Below, piece after piece: positions 1 to 11,439 of a stretch of 47,747 nt of DNA. The stretch spans positions 16,438,517-16,486,263 of the forward strand of contig NC_069008.1 in the NCBI RefSeq assembly GCF_001194135.2. The letters are read 5' to 3'. Position 1 is the first letter of the stretch. Each line of letters opens with the position of its first letter. The notes beneath the pieces are model-generated. The model searched no databases, was not told where the DNA came from, and saw only the letters and a list, made by a program, of their open reading frames with translations. The DNA is from Octopus bimaculoides. Its lineage: Eukaryota. Made by a program: the position numbers and the translations under genes.

Positions 1-659
1 GGCTGATAACTGATGAGTATGTGGCGACCTTCTGTGTCTGTTTTCCATTTGTTTGTGTATTTGTTATGTTTTTTTTTTTTTTACTTATATATATATATAC
101 ACACACAGACAAACAGACACTACCATTTTTGAAAGACATTTCCTGATACAAAATAATGTTATTTGATGCATTTAACCCATAAAGCGCTGGGACTTACACT
201 TGCATAGCATGGACTGCTGAGCACATTTTTATGAAAATGAGACTACAATGCACGCATAAAAAACAAAAAAATAGTTAAAATATCTTCTTAGTATATAATG
301 GTGGCAAGTTTTACATCATCTGAAAAGTCATTAGTTGAGCTATTAGTCCTCTTTCATTCTGGGAGGTATTGGAGTGTTTAATTGACTCCAACAAACGCCC
401 ATAAATTAAATGCATCTATCTGGGCCACAATCAGTAGTCACCCATGCATACCAGCCTCCCCTCACTACACCACAGATGTTATCCAAGGGAAAGGCAAAGG
501 GGCCGATACAGCTTGGCACCAGTGACGTCGCAACTCATTTCTACAGCTGAGTGAACTGGAGCAAAATGAAAATAAAGTGTCTTGCTCAAGAACAGAACAC
601 ACAGCCCGCTCTGGGATTCGAACTCACTACGTATTGATTGTGAACCCAATGATCTAACC

Positions 660-1615
660 CAGGGATGGCCAATTTTTTGTCAACTGGGGGCCACATCGTA
701 CCATTCCAAGTGGGCGAGGGCCACATGATAAAACACATATGCAGGAAATATTATTTGCCTTCTTTACACTGATTTTTTTCGCAGTTCTTCTTTATTTTAT
801 TTGTCTTGGTATGAAAGTTTACGTTTGGCTGACATCTGCCTCACACATGCGAAGAGATGGGCATCCCAACCTGCCCAGGGAGTATGTGCGGCCGCCTTCA
901 GGTCTGACCTGATTGGAAACAGCTGGGTGACACGGCCGGGAGGGATTTCTGAGGAGTGCTACTTGGGTTTAATCAAGATGTGCTCCAACACGTTTCCCAC
1001 TCGACAGTGCCTGACCCGTGTAGGCCGAGGCGATAACACCCGCCAGTGTTGCGGCAGCGCGTCTGAAACAATGTGCCACATCGGTAACCAGTGCCTGTGC
1101 CTAAAAACACAGAAGCTGGCCAGGCGCACACAAATATGCTGGCTGGTGGCTAGGGAGACCGAGTGTTACGGTTGAGTAGTCAGCTGGGAGCCGGTCTACC
1201 GCATATGTGGGACCAGGCTTATTCCTGACCTGGTATTTTGTAGTCCCAACAAAGTGGTACTATTGGATGTTACGGTTCATTATGAGCAAGGCATGGTGCT
1301 GTACGATGCAGCCTGTGAGAAAGCACAGAAATACCAGCCACTGATCCCTCTCCTCAGTGGAGAGCTAATGATAATAATGATGATTTCCAGTGTAAATAAA
1401 TTACAGTTTAACGTATTGAGGTCAAAAAAGCAGAAAATTCATTGATATTTTATTAAAGAACATATTTCATTATCTGTGTCAATGAGATTTTTGTATATTC
1501 ACATTTTTTACCATATTTTCGATATTAGGCAGAATTTGAGATGTCGCTACTCTTAGGTTATACTGCAAATTAGTAACTTAGAAACTTGTCAAGGGCCACA
1601 GGTTACCCCTGCATG
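660..1615. mobile_element. hAT-like non-autonomous DNA transposon (MITE)
   Basis: Ends are cagggatggccaa... and ...gggccacaggttacccctg(catg), i.e. imperfect CAGGG/CCCTG TIRs with subterminal gggccaca motifs. Flanked by a near-perfect 8-bp duplication atctaacc (652-659) / ctctaacc (1616-1623). Confidence 0.6.
801..1345 (+). pseudogene. R2-like (RLE-clade) non-LTR retrotransposon C-terminal fragment: CCHC knuckle plus restriction-like endonuclease
   Basis: One frame with a single stop (1173-1175): ...NTFPTRQCLTR...RQCCGSASETMCHIGNQC...G*VVSWEP...LIPDLVF...VLLDVTVHYE...EKAQKYQPL. These match the CCHC, PD..D and K..KY motifs of RLE-type LINEs. Confidence 0.8.
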
Positions 1616-1735
1616 CTCTAACCACTGAGCTATGCATGCACGTGCACTCATATATATATATAAAATATATAGACACATGCACGTGCACTCGTATATATAA
1701 AATATATACACTCACATGATCAATGGGCTTTCCAT

Positions 1736-1975
1736 ACAATTATTTCTTTATTGCCCACAAGGGGCTAAACATAGAGGGGGACAAACAAGGACAGACAGAG
1801 GGATTAAGTCGATTAGATCGACCCCAGTGCTTAACTGGTACTTAATTTATCGACCCCGAAAGGATGAAAGGCAAAGTCGACCTCGGCGGAATTTGAACTC
1901 AGAACGTAGCGGCAGACGAAATACCGCTAAGCATTTCGCCCGGGGTGCTAACGTTTCCGCCAGCTCGGCGCCCAA
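1736..1975 (-). mobile_element. tRNA-head SINE (family 'B')
   Basis: The reverse complement matches the + strand copy at 21543-21739 (cgggcgaaatgcttagcggtatttcgtctgcc...gagttcaaattccgccgaggtcgactttgcc...agccccttgtggg). Confidence 0.85.
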
Positions 1976-2194
1976 TTTCTGTCAACCAAATTCACTGACA
2001 GTGCTTCAGTAGAAGACACTTGCTCAAGGTACCATGTAGTAGGACTGAACCAGGAACCCTGTGGTTGCAAAGTGAACTTCTTAACCGCACAGCCATGCCT
2101 CAATAATCACTAAATATCGAATCTTCTTATTAGTCCCAGGGTCCAACCCTATCCTTGCAGCCTTCATTCACCCAGTATTTATATTCCATTTCAG

Positions 2195-2236
2195 TTGCCC
2201 TTATCTTTACTCAGAACTGCTGTCAACCACCCAATG
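2195..2236 (+). CDS. LSM4: LSm4 coding exon (LPLSLLRTAVNHPM), 42 nt
   Basis: ttcag|TTGCCC...CCAATG|gtatgt. The peptide matches the LSm4 N-terminus (M)LPLSLLKTAQNHPM. It is too short to appear in the ORF track. Confidence 0.9.
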
Positions 2237-2428
2237 GTATGTTAACCTTTTTTTTCTTCTTTATATACTCTTTTTACTCTTTTTTACTTGTTTCAGTCAT
2301 TTGACTGCTGCCACCAGAAAACAAAGAATGTTATTTACCCAGGAGTTCTTATGTAATTTCACTATCAACATAAGTGATAGAATTTATCTCCCTTCATAAA
2401 AGTGGTAAATTTTGTATTTTCGATTTTT

Positions 2429-2467
<39 letters not shown>

Positions 2468-2476
2468 TACACTCTC

Positions 2477-2640
2477 GGAGTGGTTGGCATTAGGAAGGGC
2501 ATCCAGCTGTAGAAACTCTGCCAAATCAGATTGGAGCCTGGTGTTGCCATCCGGTTTCACTAGTCCTCAGTCAAATCGTCCAACCCATGCTAGCATGGAA
2601 AGCGGACGTTAAACGATGATGATGATGATGATGATGATTA
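2477..2640 (+). mobile_element. SINE with (GAT)n tail (family 'A'), 3' part
   Basis: ggcattaggaagggcatccagctgtagaaac...ccaacccatgctagcatggaaagcggacgttaaacgatgatgat. Copies occur at 4465, 5008, 6375, 14335, 14680, 36440 and 45960. Confidence 0.85.
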
Positions 2641-3531
2641 TTATTGATTGAGAGAGCAGTGCATGCCATCAAAGTGACACTNNNNNNNNNNNNNNNNNNN
2701 NNNNNNNNNNNNNNNNNNNNNNNNNNNNNNNNNNNNNNNNNNNNNNNNNNNNNNNNNNNNNNNNNNNNNNNNNNNNNNNNNNNNNNNNNNNNNNNNNNNN
2801 NNNNNNNNNNNNNNNNNNNNNNNNNNNNNNNNNNNNNNNNNNNNNNNNNNNNNNNNNNNNNNNNNNNNNNNNNNNNNNNNNNNNNNNNNNNNNNNNNNNN
2901 NNNNNNNNNNNNNNNNNNNNNNNNNNNNNNNNNNNNNNNNNNNNNNNNNNNNNNNNNNNNNNNNNNNNNNNNNNNNNNNNNNNNNNNNNNNNNNNNNNNN
3001 NNTTCCTCTCAACACATGGCTATGATGCTCCCCCACGACTTCTGCTCGTGATCAGAGATGCACATATCGTCAGCCACCAAAGGACATGCTCAACTGGTTA
3101 AGGTCAAACAACTGACAATCAAATCTGTGGTATTGAGCAGAATATTTGCTGTAGGCCATCTTTTTATACCAAGACAAAACAATGTACATAACACTTCCAA
3201 TCAGTTAAGATCAGAAGCCATGAGAGCCACTGCCTGGTACTGCATCCGGGCATTTATTATTATTATTATTATTATTTATTTATTTTTTTTTTGTTATTGT
3301 GAATTCAAAATTGATTTCCCAATTGAAGAGTAAATTGAATTTCGAATAACATTTCTATACATCATATTTTGCTTCTTTTTCACCAGGCAACGCTGGGTAC
3401 CTCTGCTAGTATATGTCTAAAATAATCGAACATTGTGCATCTCTGTCTCTGAAATAACCTGACATTTTGTATCTATAATCCCACTGTTCTGCATCAATGT
3501 CCAAAATATCCCAATGTTTTGTCTGTTTCAG

Positions 3532-3630
3532 CTGGTGGAGTTGAAGAATGGTGAGACATACAACGGGCATTTGGTCAGTTGTGACAACTGGATGAATATC
3601 AACCTACGAGAGGTTATCTGCACATCCCGG
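3532..3630 (+). CDS. LSM4: LSm4 coding exon ([33 protein letters not shown]), 99 nt, Sm1 motif
   Basis: tttcag|CTGGTG...TCCCGG|gtgagt. Essentially identical to the metazoan LSm4 peptide. Confidence 0.97.
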
Positions 3631-3829
3631 GTGAGTGATTTGTGTGGTGGCAGCGATGGTGGTAGTGGTGGCAACAGCAGTGGTTGTAGGGGTGATAGTA
3701 GCATTAGTAATGGTGGTGGTATGTTCTTAGCAGAGTAATCCATGCGGTAAAAATCCATAATGTGTGTAAATTAGTAAAACCGTTAGTCACTCAACTTAAC
3801 GAACCTATCACAACAAACATATCTTTTAC

Positions 3830-4330
3830 TTATTTCAGTCATTAGACTGTGGCCATGCCGGAGCACCTCCTTAGAGAATTATTGTAATCAAATGAATTAA
3901 CTCTAGTACTTACTTTTTCTTAAAGTTTGGTACTTATTCTATTGATATTGTTTGCTGAACCACTAAGTTATGGGGATGAAAATAGATCAACACTGGTTGT
4001 CAAGTGGTGCTGGAAGACAAACACCGATATACACATATACTCTCTCTATCATGCACACACATACAACGAGATTCTTTCAGTTTCCATCTACCAAATTCAC
4101 CCGCAAGGCTTTGGTTGGTCCGAGGTGCCACACAGTGGGACTGAACCCAGAACTATAGGTTTGCAAGAAAACGTCTTGCCACACCCACACACATGTCTGA
4201 CAGGCTTGTGAGTAGTTTCTAGCTAAGAAATTTTATTTATGAGGCTATAGTGCAAGACAGTTAGCCAAGGTGCCACACGGTGGGACTGAACCCAAATCCA
4301 TGTAATCGCTAAGCAAACATGTTAACCGCA
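3830..4330 (-). mobile_element. tRNA-head SINE (family 'C') plus a second partial head
   Basis: The reverse complement has ggttcagtcccactgtgtggcacc...accaaagccttg...gtagatggaaactgaaaga...tgctccggcatggccacagtc. It is homologous to 30494-30810. Confidence 0.75.
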
Positions 4331-4464
4331 CAACCACCTCTGCACCTGAATCATGGAAACCTTTCATATTGATCTGGGAACAGCTGTTTCATTGATACAA
4401 GCATGACTGGTTAAAGAAGTTCACTTCTGGATTGCATAGCTTAGGGGTCACTCACATCATCATT

Positions 4465-4810
4465 TAATGTTTTCCATGCTGGCGTGGGTTGGACGGTTTG
4501 ACTGAGAGTTGATAAGCTGGGAAGCTGCACCAGGTTTCAATCTGATTTGACATGGTTCCTACAGCTGGATGCTCTTCCTGACACCAACCACTCCAGGAGT
4601 GTAGTGGGTGCTTTTTATGTGCCACCAGCACAGGGGCAAGTGGCACAGCACCTGCGTCGGCCACAACTATGATCTCACTTAGCTTGACAGGTTTTCTCAA
4701 GTACAGTATATTGCCAAAGGTCTCAGTCACTTGTCACCGCCTTTGTGAGGCCCCAAGTCTGAAGGGCACTTTTTACGTGTCAGCATAGGTGCCAGGTACA
4801 CTACACTGGC
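4465..4810 (-). mobile_element. SINE family 'A'
   Basis: tttccatgctggcgtgggttggacgg...ctacagctggatgctcttcctgacaccaaccactcc is the reverse complement of the family A core. Confidence 0.8.
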
Positions 4811-5007
4811 ACCAACCACAACTACATGGTGGACATTAATACCTGATGTCTTTTGTTATGGTCACAACTTGATCAATGCTTTGTCAGTAAAATTTTGTAA
4901 ACAGCAACTGGAATATTTTATATTCCTCGTTGAGACTGAACCCAGAGCCATGTGGTTGGGAAGCAAGCTTCTTACCTCACAGTCACTCCTGCGCTAAATA
5001 TATATAG

Positions 5008-5300
5008 GTGTATGGGTCCAGCACAGAGCCCCTACAGGCCAATTCTGCTGAAGACCTATCCTCCACAGCAGAAGTGTTAAGGCCGCATCCCCTGGTGAAG
5101 AGGATTGGCCGGTAGGGGTCTTATACTGGGGCCATGTAAAAGCTCCCAGCACACTGTAAAGGGGTTAGCATTAAGAAGGACATCCAGTTGTAGAAACCAT
5201 GACAAATGAGACTGGACCCTGGTGCAGCTCTCTGGCTTACTAGTTCCAATCAAGCCATCTAACCCATGCCAGCATGGACAACGGATGTTAAATGATGATG
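5008..5300 (+). mobile_element. SINE family 'A' ending just upstream of the LSm4 acceptor
   Basis: cattaagaaggacatccagttgtagaaacc...aacccatgccagcatggacaacggatgttaaatgatgatgat. Confidence 0.75.
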
Positions 5301-5332
5301 ATCTATCTGTGTGTTTGTTTGTTTGTTTGTAG

Positions 5333-5507
5333 GATGGTGATCGATTTTGGCGAATGCCCGAGTGTTACATTCGAGGAAGTACAATTAAGTATCTTCGCAT
5401 CCCTGATGAGGTCATCGATATGGTGAAAGAAGAGGTCATACTGAAGAGCAAAGGTCGTGGTGACATGAAAGGGCGTGGTGGTCCACAGCGAGGTCGTGGT
5501 GGACGAG
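5333..5507 (+). CDS. LSM4: LSm4 coding exon ([58 protein letters not shown]), Sm2 motif plus start of the RG-rich tail
   Basis: tttgtag|GATGGT...CGAG|gtaagt. The peptide is diagnostic of LSm4, and the phase-1 donor implies a further exon. Confidence 0.97.
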
Positions 5508-6374
5508 GTAAGTTCTCAGTGTGTCACTGTGTTGTTGATCGTCGTTAAGTTATAATGCAATCACCAGGAATGTGGACATACAGAAAAAAATCTTATTCTT
5601 CAAGTTTATGTATTTATTGGGGGTTTGTAAGTTATTCAAAAGATACAGTTTTTCAAGAGAACACCCTAAACATTTTTGAGACCCATTAATATAGGGTCTG
5701 GATTTAGAGAGGATTTTCCATTTGATATTGAGACTAATCCCTTCTTTAAGTTTCTAGAATAACCCATTTGTGCCGAAATTTTTCTAGTGAATGGAATTGC
5801 CTGAAAATTCACGGATGCTATTATTTTGACCTGAATAACAACTAAGAAATATTTCATTTAAATCAGTTTGATACAAACTGCATACGTGTTAAGAACATGT
5901 TTCATTCTTTGATACAGATCATACACAAATCACAATTTGTATCAAGTATTTGTTTTATACCCTTATAAATTATCAGTTTAAACGGACGATCAACATGAAT
6001 GGGTTAAAGCCAAAAGGGTTGTTCAATGTCTTAAAATTCAAAAGATGGTTATTATATCTAGAATTAAATTTTACTTCCATGGCTCTGATATAAAGCTTGA
6101 TATCGGTACAACCATTGTCGTAGTTCACTGAAATCTATGCTTCATAAACAACAGAAGATATATTGTGCTCCTGTCCTAGAGAACATTTAGATTTGTCTCT
6201 ATTTGTACATCCAGGGCAGGCTTCAGCCGTCCAACATTTATTGTGTCTGTTAAAGATTTTAGTGTAGCTATGGGTTCCAGGGGAGTGGAAATCTAAGTGT
6301 AAAAATCTTCTACCTTCATTTGTCCTAACCTTAATCTCTTAAAATATTATCCCATATATTTTTGTTCAGAGACA

Positions 6375-6720
6375 TCATCATCATACGTCCGTTTTTCCAT
6401 GCTGGCATGGGTTGGACGGTTTGATTGGGAACTGGCAAGCCAGGAGGCTGCACCAGGCTCCAATCTGATCTGGCAAGGTTTCTACAGCTGGATGCCCTTC
6501 CTGACGCCAACCACTCCAAGAGTGTAGTGGGTGCTTTTTACGTGCTACCAGCATGGGAGCCAGTCAGGCAGCACTGGCATTGGCCATGTTCAGTTTGTGC
6601 TCTGTGTGTGCCACTGGCACGGAGAACCAATCAGGTAGCATTGGCATCAGCCACATTTCGGGTGGTGCTTTTAATGTCGCCAGCACAGGGAGCCAGTCAA
6701 GCACCTATGCATGAATGATA
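6375..6720 (-). mobile_element. SINE family 'A'
   Basis: catcatcatcatacgtccgtttttccatgctggcatgggttggacgg...ctacagctggatgcccttcctgacgccaaccactcc. Confidence 0.85.
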
Positions 6721-7415
6721 CTTNNNNNNNNNNNNNNNNNNNNNNNNNNNNNNNNNNNNNNNNNNNNNNNNNNNNNNNNNNNNNNNNNNNNNNNNNNNNN
6801 NNNNNNNNNNNNNNNNNNNNNNNTTCGAGCCTACGCTCTTCAGCAGAAAGGAACACAGAAAGAAACAAGGAGAAAAACAAATATAAATGTAGTGGTCAGC
6901 GATCTATGTGTATGTGTATGTGTGTTGTACACATTTTACATAATACAAGGGGTTCAAAAAGTCTCTCTACAGTGCACCCCCCACCAAGATGTACTTCAAA
7001 ACGTGTGCAGTAGAGTCAACTTATGTGCTGAACATGAAGGACAACACCTCTTATAAAGATTTTAAAAGTCTTGTAAAGTCCAATATATTCTTTCATTGTC
7101 TTTATACCAGCTTAGGGTTTTTGGCACCAGACCTGTCTTGCGTGAGTTAATTTGTGTTGACTATAATTTTTATTTTTGTTGTGCTATTAATATTGTTGTT
7201 CATTGCGTTTGCTGGTTTCCTGTAAGGGAAACATTGTTTTAAAACTGTCTGGCATTTAGTTGTGTACGGTGACCCTCCTCCACGAGGGGGGGGGGGAGGA
7301 AATATATGCAATTATTACAATTTTGAACTTTGAACTGTGGTTTTGAAAGAAAAAAAAATATATATTTGTTTAATTTTTGCGTTGATGCAAAATATGTCTT
7401 TTTCAGAAGAAATTG

Positions 7416-7461
<46 letters not shown>

Positions 7462-7463
<2 letters not shown>

Positions 7464-8233
7464 ATTTTGCCGCCGCTGTAGGCGGACAAGAACATATTGC
7501 TGTAAATATGGAAAAAATAAAGAAGTATTTTGAAATAATATCGGAAGAAAATGGGGAGAGTAAGGTTTCGTCTCCCAGCGAGGTGATTAACAATATTAAG
7601 GAACGCACTATTTCGCATAAAACATACAACACAGAGAGGAAAGCATTCGAATTTTTGGAAGAAAGTACAGTGGAAAAGTGCCTCGGGCATATTATGAAAG
7701 AAGTGAAGTATTTGGCCAGTGGCACCAAATACGCAACAGTGGAAGTCAGGTTCGAATCAATTGAGAGAGCAAGGAATCTCTCGACCCAAACCGTAACAAG
7801 TGGCAAAATAATGTTGTTGCCACTTTATCTGGGACGGAGGACGTCCCGGATAAAGATTCAATATATACCGCCAGAGGTAGATGTAGACTGTATTATTGCT
7901 ACACTACCATACAAGAGAGAGGATAAAAGCAACATAATCCAAGTAATGAGAAATGGCCAAACAAACTGGAAAGGGCAGACCCTTGAGATATTGGTGCAGG
8001 CTTCCAGCCTCCACCTAGAAGAACTACCCGAGTTCATAAATATTAACGACAAAATCATCCCAATTCACGTTGAAGGACGTAAACCCAGGGGCTTCTATTG
8101 CGGAAAGAAGGGGCACCCAAGGTTCAAATGCCTGAAAAAGAAGAAGGAAACTGAGGAACTAAATATAGAAGTGGAACCACAGGTTGAAGAGACAGTCACA
8201 CCACCAGTGACCACAGTGGCAGCATCGATGTGA
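7462..8233 (+). pseudogene. Non-LTR retrotransposon ORF1-like (Tx1/L1-type, RRM-like region plus zinc knuckle)
   Basis: Open frame ...RIKIQYIPPEVD...IPIHVEGRKPRGFYCGKKGHPRFKC, a CX2CX4HX4C knuckle with the first C changed to G. It is homologous to 11440-12056. It is preceded by a 42-nt A run, and no ORF2 follows. Confidence 0.65.
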
Positions 8234-8579
8234 ACAATAAAGATGGTGACAGATGTCCTTGCATCTGGCATGCATCACACACAGCCAGAAAATAGTTTAT
8301 AACAGAATAGCATTGATGTCAGTGCTAGGAACAACATGGTGGCACAAACGTCTACATCTGGCCCTGACCAACAATATACTGATGTATTTCAATTACTGGA
8401 TCACACTAGCATCGGTCCCAATGTGAACAATAAAGATGGTGACACATGCCCCTGCATCTGTCATGCTACACACACAGTCAGAAAATAGTTTACAACAGAA
8501 TAGCATTGATGTCAGTGCTAGGAACAACATGGTGGCACAGACGTCTACATCTGGCCCTGACCAACAATATATTGATGTA
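8225..8579 (+). repeat. Ankyrin-repeat-derived cassette, copy 1
   Basis: Units of about 95-100 nt read, across frameshifts, ...QNSIDVSARNN / LHLA / TDVFQLLDHTSIGPNVNNKDGDT. The cassette is cut at a TA by a mariner end. Confidence 0.65.
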
Positions 8580-8890
8580 TTAGGTTGTCAAGAAAGTTCT
8601 TGCGGAATTTTAAATTTTGGTTTTAAATGATGTATTTTCAAATTAATTTTCGTTAAATTCCTTTGACTTTAAATATCATTTTAAAGCCCGTTTTTCACTC
8701 TATCTAATCATGTTACTTTTTCTACTTTTTGAATAATTAGGCCATTTTTTTCCAGAACATTGAATACAACATGGACAAAAAGCAAATACGCACAATTTTC
8801 TTATTTCAGTTCAAATTAGGCTGAAAAGCTGTTGAAACAGCTCGCGATATCAACGATGCGTTTGGCCCAGGAACCACTAATGAACGTACA
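8580..8890 (+). mobile_element. Mariner 5' end: TIR plus Hsmar1/Mos1-like transposase N-terminus
   Basis: TA|ttaggttgtcaagaaagttcttgcgg is TIR-like. ATG 8771 gives MDKKQIRTIFLFQFKLG*KAVETARDINDAFGPGTTNERT, closely resembling the Hsmar1 N-terminus. Confidence 0.85.
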
Positions 8891-9100
8891 GATCACTCTT
8901 GATTTCTTTTTATTTGGCCATATCAAGGATGCTGTGTTTGCGAAGAACCCACACACACTTGATGAACTGTGTACGGATATTACTAATACTGTCCAAAATA
9001 TCCCACGAAAAGTTTTGATTAATGTGTTCCAGAACAAACGTTGTGTTGGCTAATGTCTACAACATGGTGGCCAATAATTTCAACACCTTTTGCAACCACT
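8891..9100 (+). pseudogene. C-terminal fragment of a different Tc1/mariner transposase
   Basis: ITLDFFLFGHIKDAVFAKNPHTLDELCTDITNTVQNIPRKVLINVFQNKRCVG*CLQHGGQ*FQHLL resembles the 'LDFFLWGYLK..VY...P.TL.EL...G.hFEhLL' C-termini. Confidence 0.7.
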
Positions 9101-10079
9101 TTGATGTTGTGACTTTTAAATGAGAATTTTAATAAAAGTAGGTTTGTCCATAACATTGCACATTCTTTATAACTATTAATAATCGTATTGCATTAAGCAA
9201 CAACACCACCAAGACCACTATTGGCTTGGATCTAATCTTTTGCTTTTCTCCAAATAGCAACCGAAAGAATTCTTCTCTTCCCAGCTCACAACAAGCCAGT
9301 GTTTTTTAGCTTCCTATTTCTTTCTCCCATTGACTACCACTACTTTCCAATTAGAAAGAAAGAAAAAAACTTTTTGTTGAAACACAGAAATCAGTTTTCA
9401 GAGATGATCTTTCTGAGTCACACTCAGTCAAGTCTATGACTACACTCAATGAGGGTACCATTCCTCAGCAGAGTTCAAGAAAGGTAATATTTCACTAAGT
9501 CCTTCAAACATGAAAAGCATTTTCTGTAAATGTGGCAGAATTGCAACCAACGAAAAATTAATTAAAATTACAACGACAAGCCCATTTGGTAGCAGAAACT
9601 CCTACATCATTTATAGTAGCTTGCACCTGATGTTGGAATGGTGGGGTACTGCAACAATTTGTTCAAGATGTTTGACAACAACTTTCTTTTTTCAACTGGC
9701 AGAAATGGGGCACAACACGTTTAGAAGAGACTTACAGGCTGTCTATTCGCCTGTGAAGCATTTTCACCATGTCTTCAGACAAATTTTGGATCTATTTTTT
9801 TTTTTTTAGCTGCTAGGGTTAATTTCTGTTCGAACTGACGTCATATTCAGTGTAATAATACACTTTTATAGGTTAATGAATGCCATGAAAATCATTTTCG
9901 CCATAAATCAATAAATAAAGAGTTATTAGCAACTAAAGTTTGAGAATTTTGGGTAATTTTAGCCAATTGTAACCCACAGACACATGAGAACTCTTTTTGT
10001 CTGCAAGAAAGCAAGTGCTGACAAATATATTAAAACCACTTTTTGATGCTGTGTTCTGTTGGAAATTTTACTGTTGGAT

Positions 10080-10710
10080 TATGGCAGGAAGCTCTGGTAA
10101 CCCCACCTCTATGATGGAAACACAAAGAACAGAGGAGGATAGTATGTTGTATGTACAAGAAAAGGGAGTTATACTCAAAGAAAATTATGTAAAAGGAAGA
10201 AGCATGTTGTGAACAGGTGATGCTTGAGCCAAGAAGGCAAGACCTCTGGTCTGAAGGTGGGACTCTTCTTCTTAGGGCTGTAGTGCTTTTCCTTTACTCA
10301 TTGGTTAAGGAATTGTCTTCAGTCCGGTTTTGTATAGAAGAACTCAGGATGAAATGTAGCACAGCCATTGATCATAGCAACTATGTTAGAGAAATATGTG
10401 TGGAGGACTTAGTCATTGAATTCTTGGTGGTGGTCCTGAGAAGATTGGAAACCGTTGAAACAGTCTTCTCAAGATGTAAGTACAACTGACGAAGGATCCT
10501 ACCTGGGCTCTCGGAGGAGTGTGTCGCGAGACCAGACAGGTTTTTCTGTATGTAGTGCCATGTCAGAATCATGATACACTGGAAGAATGCATACGTCACT
10601 CAATTCGAACCAACTTTCAGCAATTTGTGGAAGGTGTACTTTCACATTCCTGAAATTGATGGTTACAATTTGGAGCATAGAACGGTGAACCACAGTGTTG
10701 GCTTTGTCAA
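10080..10710 (+). pseudogene. Merlin (IS1016/IS1595-related, ISXO2-like) transposase relic, lineage 1
   Basis: Across frameshifts: TEEDSMLYVQEKG...CCEQVML...STAIDHSNYVREIC...GGPEKI..ETVFSRCKYN*R...WALGGVCRETRQVFLYVVP...SNLWKVY...EHRTVNHSVGFV. Confidence 0.8.
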
Positions 10711-11439
10711 TTCAAAGATCATATTAATGCTTAAATGCTTGTTTTCTAAGCATATCTATTTTGTAACATGTTGCTTACTGCATGAAATGCATATTGAATG
10801 CTTAAAACTAAAAAATATGTTTTGTTCAACAAAAAGTTTCTTTTTTTTTTTAAATATTTAATTCGTAATGTGCTGTTTATCACATTAAATGCTGGAAACT
10901 ACAAAAGAAGTGTTGTTTACTCGTTTTCCACATGCAGAATACAAACAGACAACACATGCTATTTTCAGGATGTTGACAAAATGTGCAGTCACGCATAAAT
11001 CAATAGCTTCCAAATCCGGTTTCCTATTTGGGTGAAAATGATCAAACTTTAAAAAAAAAAAACATTTTCCTGGAAAAAAAATGAAAGAACTCTAGCAATT
11101 TCAGTTTAGAAGACAACATTAATGTGCCAAATTTTAAAATTTTCAATAAAATTCTTGAAACCCTGGCAGCCAAACAGAAAAGATCCCAAAATTTTACTAA
11201 ATACACTAATCATTAGCCATTCATATAGGTGTAGAGACCTCATATGGCCCTGCCTGCCTGAGATTCGAAATTGAATCTAGAAATTCTCCCTAGCCATACA
11301 ACCTAATGTCCTGTCAAAAGGGAACGCTGATTAATGCATTTTCCATTTGACCCACGACATTACTAGATCATAGAATTTTTAGGTAAACAAGTGTGACATG
11401 TTGAAAGTCGGATTACCCCAGCGAAATACTCAACAGAAC

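Larger units (their letters stand above)
431..1645 (-). mobile_element. tRNA-head SINE (family 'E'), split by a nested insertion at 660-1615
   Basis: The minus strand has a B-box-like gttcgaatccc followed by ttcttgagcaagacacttt...ttgctccagttcactcagctgtagaaatgagt. The same family recurs at 24815-25050. The head (...ctaaccactgagctatgc) resumes at about 1616. Confidence 0.75.

Noticed and set aside
7337-7461. Poly-Lys N-terminus of the 298-aa ORF
   Set aside because: It derives from a 42-nt A run, probably a microsatellite or assembly feature rather than real protein sequence.
9500-9810. Possible coding relic on either strand
   Set aside because: I translated the minus-strand frames by eye and could not assign a family there or in the plus-strand ORF. 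It is left unannotated.
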